A stretch of DNA of 36,964 nt from a virus, in the IMG/VR virus record IMGVR_UViG_3300036944_000932. One strand, written 5' to 3'. Positions 24,156-31,163 of the stretch are shown here, piece by piece. Positions within the stretch are counted from its first letter, which is position 1. Every line of letters begins with the position of its first letter. Position numbers and translations under genes: made by a program. The notes under the pieces are model-generated. The model saw only the letters and a program-made list of their open reading frames with translations, was not told the DNA's origin and ran no database searches.

Positions 24156-24184
24156 TTGCAGGTATTTGGATCCGTGCGTAGAAT
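24156..24184 (+). promoter_or_regulatory. Strong sigma70-type promoter (candidate PR'-like late promoter and/or moron promoter)
   Basis: TTGCAG (24156-24161), 17 nt, TAGAAT (24179-24184). A second -10-like GCGTAGATT lies at 24204-24212. Confidence 0.65.
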
Positions 24185-24218
24185 CGCCGTCCCACGGGTC
24201 AAAGCGTAGATTCTCAGT

Positions 24219-24875
24219 ATGGATAGCGGAGCGGTTACGGCGGTCAAGGCTGCTAATGAAGAGTTGCCTGAACGTAATGTGATCGAACTCAAGTCCATAG
24301 TGAATGTCGAAACTGTTACCCCCCTGATTCAGGCGCTTAACGCGGCAGTTGACGGGGATGTGCTTGAGATTCATATTCGGCACAACGGTGGTGGCGAGGT
24401 GGATTCGCTAATAGCGCTTTTGAGAGCTATTGTGAGCACCAAGGCTCAAGTCGATATCACTATCGGCCGATATGTTATGAGTGCGGCTGCGACGTTGTGG
24501 CTGTGGTTTTGGTTGTGGCCTGTACCGCATGTGAATGCGCTCATGCCCCTGAAACCAGCCGTTTTGATGTATCACCGTCCGAGACAATCGTGCGGTAACA
24601 ACGGCGACTATTACTGTTTCGCCGAGAGCCTCAAAGATGGAGATCCTGTCAAGCAATCGTTACTCGACAAGATCAAGATTTTTGACGAGCTTTTCGACGC
24701 TCTGCTACAACGACTAGGTTGGTCTAGTCTCAGCGATGCGTCACTGGTTCTCGAAGATGTGTCTTACCAGCATCACCTACAGCATTTGAAAGAGGCATAT
24801 TACGGGAATAAAGACTGTGTCTTTCCCGTTTTCCCCGACCAAGGAGCTACACATGAAGACGTTCGCGCTGAGTAA
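24219..24875 (+). CDS. ClpP/SppA-fold serine protease-like protein (stand-alone, outside the head module)
   Basis: By-eye alignment to ClpP: IHIRHNGGGEV, GRYVMSAAA (Ser), LMYHRP (His) and EAYYGNKD (Asp). It has an unusual LWLWFWLWPVP insert. No obvious SD sequence precedes the ATG. Confidence 0.6.
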   Translation: MDSGAVTAVKAANEELPERNVIELKSIVNVETVTPLIQALNAAVDGDVLEIHIRHNGGGEVDSLIALLRAIVSTKAQVDITIGRYVMSAAATLWLWFWLWPVPHVNALMPLKPAVLMYHRPRQSCGNNGDYYCFAESLKDGDPVKQSLLDKIKIFDELFDALLQRLGWSSLSDASLVLEDVSYQHHLQHLKEAYYGNKDCVFPVFPDQGATHEDVRAE

Positions 24876-25026
24876 CAAGGCGTTCAACAGCAACCAGAAT
24901 GTCAAGCCAAACCTTGACATGTCTTTGGAGCAGCTGCGCCGTTTCAAAGAAGCTGATGACAGTCTGCAAGCTGCCTGCGTACGTCTAGGAATCGAAACTC
25001 CTAAGCTGGTAGCTCAAGCCCGCTGA
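24853..25026 (+). CDS. 57-aa soluble protein, 3'-overlapping partner of the ClpP-like gene
   Basis: An AAGGAG RBS lies 6 nt upstream of ATG 24853. It overlaps the upstream ORF by 23 nt and a terminator follows. Confidence 0.5.
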   Translation: MKTFALSNKAFNSNQNVKPNLDMSLEQLRRFKEADDSLQAACVRLGIETPKLVAQAR

Positions 25027-25041
25027 TTCCGCACTATAAAG

Positions 25042-25070
25042 AACCCGGCCTAACGTGCCGGGTTTTTTTA
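25042..25070 (+). terminator. Rho-independent terminator closing the cassette (tR'-like)
   Basis: Stem aacccggc/gccgggtt followed by ttttt. Confidence 0.8.
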
Positions 25071-25212
25071 TGACCGATTTTTGTCTAGCCCAGCCAGCCC
25101 GCTGAGTTTCTCATTTCTGGAAGAGAGGGCACATTGGCGGGCAATCCGGTATGAATCCATAGTTGGTGGAAATGGTAGGGGTTCTACTTCTTCGCCTTCC
25201 GCCACTTTATAG

Positions 25213-25242
25213 GCCTCGCTCTGTGCGGGGCTTTTTCGTTTT
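25213..25242 (+). terminator. Second tandem rho-independent terminator
   Basis: Stem gcctcgc/gcggggc (one G-U pair), loop tctgt, then tttttcgtttt. Confidence 0.6.
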
Positions 25243-25314
25243 CGGCTCCACCACACCCATTGCTCCGAGCTGGGAGTGCTGTTGGAGCTGACTTAAATCC
25301 GCACGGTACCGCCA

Positions 25315-25632
25315 ATGACTGAAGTCTCGCGCATTGCAGACAGCACCACGTTCAAGGTGGCTGTCCCGATACTGCAAACGATCCTGTCGGCCGGTGCCAT
25401 TGGCGCGTTTGTTTATGTCGTCGGGTCGCTTGGATCGCTCCAGGTGCAGCTAGCCGCCTACCAGACCAATCAGGCTTTAATCGGCCAGCGGGTTGACTCT
25501 TTGGAGCGCTCAAGGGAATCGACGGACAAGTTGGTCGATTCCCTTCGCACATCAACTCAGCGCCAAGAGTTCCAGATCAACCAGGTAGGTGAAAGCCTCA
25601 AGGCTCTCGCCCAGATGGGTAGACCCAAGTGA
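25315..25632 (+). CDS. Membrane-anchored coiled-coil protein (i-spanin-like or holin-associated)
   Basis: Hydrophobic VAVPILQTILSAGAIGAFVYVVGSLGSL is followed by a Gln/Leu-rich coiled coil. No clear RBS. Confidence 0.55.
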   Translation: MTEVSRIADSTTFKVAVPILQTILSAGAIGAFVYVVGSLGSLQVQLAAYQTNQALIGQRVDSLERSRESTDKLVDSLRTSTQRQEFQINQVGESLKALAQMGRPK

Positions 25633-25871
25633 AGCGTCTTCTGATCGTCCTCATGCTGCTCACTGGTTGCGCGCAGAAAGAAACGATCCAGGAGCCTCCC
25701 AAGGTTCAACGCACCACCGTGTACCGATATGTCAGCGGGCAGTGTGTTGCTGACGAAGGCAAAAGCGACCAGTTGCGCGAAGCGCTGAAAAGCCGCGATC
25801 AGTGGAAGCGTTACGCCGAAAGCCTCGAGCAACTACCTGCAGCGAAGACAGCTCATGATCCTAATCCCTGA
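25629..25871 (+). CDS. Small lipoprotein (o-spanin-like or exclusion lipoprotein)
   Basis: The GTG start overlaps the upstream stop (GTGA). The lipobox is LLTGC and the mature part is about 60 aa with one further Cys. Confidence 0.6.
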   Translation: MKRLLIVLMLLTGCAQKETIQEPPKVQRTTVYRYVSGQCVADEGKSDQLREALKSRDQWKRYAESLEQLPAAKTAHDPNP

Positions 25872-26088
25872 ATGGCGAAAGTTCTGGCGCATGACCAGTG
25901 TTCAATTGGCAATCGCCGGCGCGGTGCTGAACGCCGCGGCGGCCGGCTGGTCGGTGTTTCAGGGTGCGGTGGATCCTCTGGTTTTTGCCGTGGTAAACAT
26001 GGGCCTAAGCATCGGCGTAGCCGTCGCCAGAGTGGTGCAGCAGTCGAAGTTGCATGAGCCGAGTGATGAGCCAGCTCAGCCAGAATAG
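25855..26088 (+). CDS. 2-TM small membrane protein, putative class II holin
   Basis: TM1 SVQLAIAGAVLNAAAAGWSVF, TM2 PLVFAVVNMGLSIGVAVARVV, and a charged C-terminal tail. It lies at the head of the late operon. Confidence 0.5.
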   Translation: MILIPEWRKFWRMTSVQLAIAGAVLNAAAAGWSVFQGAVDPLVFAVVNMGLSIGVAVARVVQQSKLHEPSDEPAQPE

Positions 26089-26098
26089 GTGAAGAGCG

Positions 26099-26842
26099 AT
26101 GGTCAAGATCGATGCCAGCACCAATGTGGAAGAGCTTTCTAAAGCCTTGCGTGTCCTTGGTAGCAAGCAGGTGCCGTTCGCCTTCGCCTTGATGGCCACG
26201 CGCTTGGCGATGCTGGTTAAGCAGGGTGAGCTCTCGGTGTTGAGAGCTCGCCTCGATAGGCCAACCGCGACCACGATGAATAGCCTTTATGTGAAGGCAG
26301 CCAAGAAGAGCAACCCAGAAGCACGCACCTTCTTCAAGGATGCGTGGACCTCGGGCGTGCCAGCGGACACGTACCTGCAGCAGGCAGTGAAGGGTGGTCG
26401 CCGGCCTCATAAGCGGTTCGAGAAAGCACTGATCGGCAAGGGCATCATGAAGCCAGGTCAGTACGCAATCCCGGCAGCATCAGCACTCAATCAATTCGGC
26501 AACGTACCGCGCGGCACGATCATGAAGATCCTGTCTGGCCTGGGCGCAGCCGAGACAGTCAGTGGTGTGCAGGCCAACGCCACGGGCAGCAAGCGCAGTA
26601 AGCGCAAGGGCAACGCTCAGAAGTATTTCGCGGGTGATGTCGATGGTACCCAAGGTATCTGGGAGAGGAAGAAGACCGCGTTCGGTGATGCCGTTCGACC
26701 TGTCTTCATCTTCAGCGACAGCGAGCCAGGGTATCGGGTGATCGTTCCGTTCTACAAGATCGCAGACAACATCGTGAAGGCGAACCGAGCAAAGGAATTC
26801 GCCAGCGCGATGGATCAGGCGCTGTCCACAGCCCGGGGCTGA
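26099..26842 (+). CDS. Conserved-looking hypothetical 247-aa protein (last gene before cos)
   Basis: ATG with an upstream AGGTGAAGAG and a basic central segment (SKRSKRKGNAQK). No family recognised. Confidence 0.6.
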   Translation: MVKIDASTNVEELSKALRVLGSKQVPFAFALMATRLAMLVKQGELSVLRARLDRPTATTMNSLYVKAAKKSNPEARTFFKDAWTSGVPADTYLQQAVKGGRRPHKRFEKALIGKGIMKPGQYAIPAASALNQFGNVPRGTIMKILSGLGAAETVSGVQANATGSKRSKRKGNAQKYFAGDVDGTQGIWERKKTAFGDAVRPVFIFSDSEPGYRVIVPFYKIADNIVKANRAKEFASAMDQALSTARG

Positions 26843-26966
26843 CGAGCAGGGCAGGGGGTACCCCCCCCTTTGGGTCCTTCCCGGGACCCCGACCCCATGC
26901 GGGTAATTCGGGCCCCGCCCATCAAACATGTATGACCTTTTTTCAGAGGTTGGTTGTTGTTTAATC
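26843..26966. other. Candidate cos region (cosN/cosB) upstream of the Nu1-like gene
   Basis: The only G/C-tract-rich intergenic block in the window. It holds the perfect palindrome GGGGGTACCCCC (26854-26865), the dyad GGGTCC..GGACCC (26872-26889), and the tracts ACCCCGACCCC and GGGCCCCGCCC. Its position matches lambda cos relative to Nu1/A. Confidence 0.5.
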
Positions 26967-27512
26967 ATGGCCAAAAACGAAACAACCAAACAGCGCGGCT
27001 GGTTGAACAAATCCGAGATGGCGTCGAGCCTCGGGATTTCGCCGCAAGCCTTTGACAAATGGGGAGTTGCGCCTGTCGCCCGCATCGGTCGCGAGGCGTT
27101 CTACACCGTGCAGAACGTGGTCGAAAACCGCGTCGAACACTCGCAGCGGAAACAACAACCGGCGGGTGAGGGAACCGAAGGCATCAATCCGCTGATCGAG
27201 TATCAGCTGCTCGAAGAGCGCCGCGGTCTCACCGCCGCCCAACGGATCGCCCAGGAGAAGAAGAACCTGGTGCTGGATAAGCAGCTGGTCCCGGTCCCAT
27301 TCGCCACATTTGCCCTTGCCAAAATCGCCGCACAGATCGGCTCGAAACTGGACACCGTCGGCAAGACCGTCACTCGGCGCCACCCAGAGGTTGACCCTCG
27401 AATCATCGAGTCGGTGGAGCGGGAGATAGCGCTTGCTCGAAATATTGCCGCCAGCTTTGGTGAGCAACTTCCGGAATTATTAGATGAGTACGTTGAGTCC
27501 ATGGCTGAATGA
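26967..27512 (+). CDS. Terminase small subunit (lambda Nu1-like)
   Basis: An N-terminal HTH (WLNKSEMASSLGISPQAFDKWGV). The C-terminal part aligns with lambda Nu1 (IEYQLLEERRGLTAAQ..., ...LPELLDEYVES versus IPGLLSEYIEQ). Confidence 0.8.
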   Translation: MAKNETTKQRGWLNKSEMASSLGISPQAFDKWGVAPVARIGREAFYTVQNVVENRVEHSQRKQQPAGEGTEGINPLIEYQLLEERRGLTAAQRIAQEKKNLVLDKQLVPVPFATFALAKIAAQIGSKLDTVGKTVTRRHPEVDPRIIESVEREIALARNIAASFGEQLPELLDEYVESMAE

Positions 27513-29421
27513 TCTTCGCAAGTCGATCAAGCTAGGACTCCAGGCGCTCTACAAAGAACCACCGCAAACCGCCGTCGAATGGGCGGATGCAAATTTCTAC
27601 ATGTCCGCCGAGTCCTCCTACAACGAAGGAAAGTGGACGACTGAGCCGTTTCAGGTTGCCATTCTGAACAGCATGGGCAATGACCTGATCAACGTCGTCA
27701 ACTTCATCAAGTCGGCGCGGATCGGTTACACCAAGCTGTTGATGGCGAACATCGGCTACAAGATTCAGCACAAGCGCCGCAACGTCATGATGTGGAGTCC
27801 GACCGACCCGGACGCCGAGGACATCAGCAAAAGCCACATCAACGGCATGATCCGTGATGTGCCAGCGCTGGGTGACCTCGCTCCATGGTTCGGCCGTAAG
27901 CACAGCGACAACACGCTCGATCAAAAGATATTCGCCAACCGGCGCACGCTCTGGATCCGGGGCGGCAAAGCCTCACGCAACTACCGTGAGAAATCCGCCG
28001 ACGAGGTGATCTATGACGAGCTCTCGAACTTTGATGAAAGCGTCGAGGGCGAGGGCTCGCCGATCACCCTGGGTGACAAGCGACTGAATGGCGCGATCTA
28101 CCCGAAGTCGATTCGCGGCTCGACGCCGAAGCGTGTTGGCTCGTGCCAGATCACCAAGGCCGTCGAAGAGTCGCCGTACCTGCTCAAGTTTCACATTGAC
28201 TGCCCGCACTGCCGGCAGGAGCAGACGCTCAAGTGGGGCGGCAAGGATTGTGAGTTCGGCTTGAAGTGGGAAAAGAACCCGCTCGGTGAGGCTGAGAAAG
28301 CCTGGTACGTGTGCGAGCACGCTGCCTGTGTCATCTGGCACAACGAAATGGTTGAAGCGTCAAAGACCGGCCGGTGGATCTGTGAGCATACCGGCATCTG
28401 GACCCGTGACGGCATGGACTGGTACGGGGCTGATGGCGAAATCATGCGCACCCCGCGCTCGGTAAGCTTCAGCATTTGGGCGATCTACAGCACCTGGAGT
28501 ACGTGGCTCAGCCTGGCTGAAGAATGGCTCAAGGTGAAAGGCGACGTCTCGAAGCTGATCACATTCATCAACACCACGCGCGGTGAAACGTGGGACGACG
28601 ACCAGGGCGAGAAGCTCGACTCCGAAGTCCTGTACGGCCGCCGCGAAGTTTATCCGCAGGTGCCGTCGCTTGGCCTGGTCCTTGTGGGTGGTATCGATAC
28701 TCAAGACGATCGTTTTGAAGGTCGGGTCTGGGCGTTCGGTCCCGGTGAGGAAGCTTGGCTGGTCCATCGTTTTATCCTGATGGGCGACCCGGCCAGCGAA
28801 GAGCTTCGCCGCAAGGTGGGGCTCGAGCTGCACCGGCAGTTTACCCGCGTAGACGGCACCATCATGAAGGTGGAGCGCTGGACGTGGGATGCCGGCGGTC
28901 ACTATGCGGATGAGGTTTACGCGGAGAGCCGCAAGCACGGTGTGCAATGGGTAGTTCCTATCCGTGGTGCGACCATCTACGGCAAGCCGATCGCAAACTT
29001 TCCGCGCACAAAGAACAAGGTTCACAAGGTGTTCCTCACCGAGGTCGGCACCGACAACGCCAAAGAGTTGCTCTACAGCCGGATGGGGCTCCCCGTCGAT
29101 ACCGCTGCCTCCCAGGCGTGCTTGTCTCAGCCCGGGGTAGTTCACCTTCCGGCCAATGACGCGATCTGCGACGAGTCGGAGGTCAAGCAGCTCACCTCTG
29201 AAAAGAAAAAAGCAGCCATATCGAAAGGCAAGCGCGTGATGCGCTGGGACAGCGGCGGCCGTCGAAACGAGGCCCTCGATTGTTTCGTGTACGCGCTCGC
29301 TGCGCTTCGCATCTGCCAGCAGCGTTTCGGGCTCGATCTCGATCTGCTGGTTGCCGCCGTAACTGGTGGCAATGAACCAGACGCCGAAGATCGGCCACGC
29401 AAGAAATCAACCTTCTGGTAG
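27484..29421 (+). CDS. Terminase large subunit (lambda GpA family)
   Basis: 645 aa. Motifs EWADANFYMSAESS..GKW...PFQ, Walker B-like VIYDELSNF, and a Cys cluster CPHC...C.H..C. Confidence 0.9.
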   Translation: MSTLSPWLNDLRKSIKLGLQALYKEPPQTAVEWADANFYMSAESSYNEGKWTTEPFQVAILNSMGNDLINVVNFIKSARIGYTKLLMANIGYKIQHKRRNVMMWSPTDPDAEDISKSHINGMIRDVPALGDLAPWFGRKHSDNTLDQKIFANRRTLWIRGGKASRNYREKSADEVIYDELSNFDESVEGEGSPITLGDKRLNGAIYPKSIRGSTPKRVGSCQITKAVEESPYLLKFHIDCPHCRQEQTLKWGGKDCEFGLKWEKNPLGEAEKAWYVCEHAACVIWHNEMVEASKTGRWICEHTGIWTRDGMDWYGADGEIMRTPRSVSFSIWAIYSTWSTWLSLAEEWLKVKGDVSKLITFINTTRGETWDDDQGEKLDSEVLYGRREVYPQVPSLGLVLVGGIDTQDDRFEGRVWAFGPGEEAWLVHRFILMGDPASEELRRKVGLELHRQFTRVDGTIMKVERWTWDAGGHYADEVYAESRKHGVQWVVPIRGATIYGKPIANFPRTKNKVHKVFLTEVGTDNAKELLYSRMGLPVDTAASQACLSQPGVVHLPANDAICDESEVKQLTSEKKKAAISKGKRVMRWDSGGRRNEALDCFVYALAALRICQQRFGLDLDLLVAAVTGGNEPDAEDRPRKKSTFW

Positions 29422-29429
29422 CGAGACTT

Positions 29430-29639
29430 ATGGCTTTCACAATCGAGCAGTACCAGGCCTTGCAGGCGGCCATCGCCGAAGGCGCGCTGTCCGTCCGCTA
29501 TGCCGATAAAAGCGTCACGTACCGGTCGCTCGACGAGATGATCCGGATTCTCAAGCTGATGGCCGGTGAACTCGGGCTGAACGCGAGCAGCGACGGCGGT
29601 CGCCGCTACACCTCATTCTCGAAAGGATTTTACCCATGA
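29430..29639 (+). CDS. Head-tail joining protein gpW-like
   Basis: 69 aa. ...SVRYADKSVTYRSLDEMIRIL......GFYP parallels lambda W (...[22 protein letters not shown]...GFYV). Confidence 0.8.
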   Translation: MAFTIEQYQALQAAIAEGALSVRYADKSVTYRSLDEMIRILKLMAGELGLNASSDGGRRYTSFSKGFYP

Positions 29640-31156
29640 GCATGCTCGACAGCTTGTTTCCTGGGTACGCCGCGAAGCGTTCGGATGCGCGACTGAAAAA
29701 GCTGCGCACCGAGATGACGATGGACCTGATCAAGCGCCGGTTCGAGGGCGCAGCTGGTGGTCGCCGAAACGATAGATGGCGCGCCACCGGTGCCGATGCA
29801 AACGCAGAGAATGCCCCCGCCCTTGCGAAGCTTCGCAATCGTGCCCGCGACCAACGCCGTAACAACCCGTTCGCTGAGCGAGCTATCACCGGCATCGCTG
29901 ATAACACGGTAGGCGCTGGTATCGTGCCGCTGCCATTGGCCAAGCGCGACCGTGACGGCCTGCGCTTGATGGACTTGTGGAAAGCTTGGGCCGAAACCAC
30001 CTGCTGCGATGCTGACGGCCTGGAGGATTTCTACGGCCTGCAGCACATGGTCATGGAGGCCGTCGCCGAAAGTGGCGAGTGCTTGATCCGCCGCAGGCGT
30101 CGATTCAGTTCGGACGGGCTACCTGTTCCGGTCCAGCTCCAAGTTCTAGAGGCTGACTTTCTCGACGAAAATAAGGCGACGATCCTCGGTTTAAATGAAG
30201 TCATTCAGGGGGTCGAGTTCGACGCCCTTGGCCGCCGAGTCGCCTATTGGTTGTTCGACAGACACCCAGGCTCCAATGCAGCGTGGGGCTCCCTGCAATC
30301 AACTCGTGTTCCCGCTGAAGACGTTATTCATGTGTTCTTGCGTAAGCGCCCAGGACAGGCTCGTGGTTACACCTGGTTGGCCCCGGTCATCCAGCGCATG
30401 AGCAGCTTCGACGAGATGGAAGATGCCGTCATGGAGCAGGCGAAGATTGCGGCGTGCTTTGCGGCATTCGTCACCAAGGACCCTGAAACACATACAGGCG
30501 TGAAGAAGGGACCTGCGCTTATTGATCGAATGGAGCCTGGGATTGTTCAGGAATTGTCGATGGGGGAGGCGGTGAGCTTCGGCACGCCGCCAACTTTCAA
30601 TGGGTACACAACGTATTCCTGGCAAGCGCTCCATGCAATCGCGGTCGGTCTGGGCGTCCCTTACGAACTGCTGACCGGCGACCTAAAGGGCGTCAACTTC
30701 TCCAGTGGTCGCATGGGTTGGCTCAACTTTGCCCGCCGCGTTGACGTATGGCAGTGGCGAATGCTGATCCCTCAGCTTTGTGACCAGGTATGGCGCTGGT
30801 TCATGGAAGCCCAAGTCCTGTTGCCGGGCGGGGTGACCGATGACGTCAAGGCTTACTGGGTTCCCCCGCGCCGCGACATGGTCGATCCGAAGTCTGAAAC
30901 CGAGAACGTCATCACGCGGGTGCGTAACGGGTTGACTACCTGGCCGGATGCTTTGCGCGAACTCGGCATTACGGACCCGAAACGTCACGCAGAGCAAATC
31001 AAGAAAGCCAACGAAATGATCGACGAGTACGGCTTGGTCCTGGATTGCGACCCGCGCCGAGTCGCGGCCGCCGGCTCACCAAGTCAGCCGCCACCAACCG
31101 AAGAGAAACCAGACGATGCCAACTCCGAATCAGGCGACGACCAACAAGACGCATGA
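29636..31156 (+). CDS. Portal protein (lambda gpB family)
   Basis: 506 aa. RNNPFAERAITGIADNTVG and HAIAVGLGVPYELLTGDL...SSGR parallel lambda B motifs. Confidence 0.88.
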   Translation: MSMLDSLFPGYAAKRSDARLKKLRTEMTMDLIKRRFEGAAGGRRNDRWRATGADANAENAPALAKLRNRARDQRRNNPFAERAITGIADNTVGAGIVPLPLAKRDRDGLRLMDLWKAWAETTCCDADGLEDFYGLQHMVMEAVAESGECLIRRRRRFSSDGLPVPVQLQVLEADFLDENKATILGLNEVIQGVEFDALGRRVAYWLFDRHPGSNAAWGSLQSTRVPAEDVIHVFLRKRPGQARGYTWLAPVIQRMSSFDEMEDAVMEQAKIAACFAAFVTKDPETHTGVKKGPALIDRMEPGIVQELSMGEAVSFGTPPTFNGYTTYSWQALHAIAVGLGVPYELLTGDLKGVNFSSGRMGWLNFARRVDVWQWRMLIPQLCDQVWRWFMEAQVLLPGGVTDDVKAYWVPPRRDMVDPKSETENVITRVRNGLTTWPDALRELGITDPKRHAEQIKKANEMIDEYGLVLDCDPRRVAAAGSPSQPPPTEEKPDDANSESGDDQQDA

Positions 31157-31163
31157 AACGCCA

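Noticed and set aside
25068-25256. The minus-strand 62-aa ORF between the two terminators.
   Set aside because: It has a GTG start without an RBS, its stop lies inside the 25042-25070 hairpin, and its composition is odd. It is kept only as a remark.
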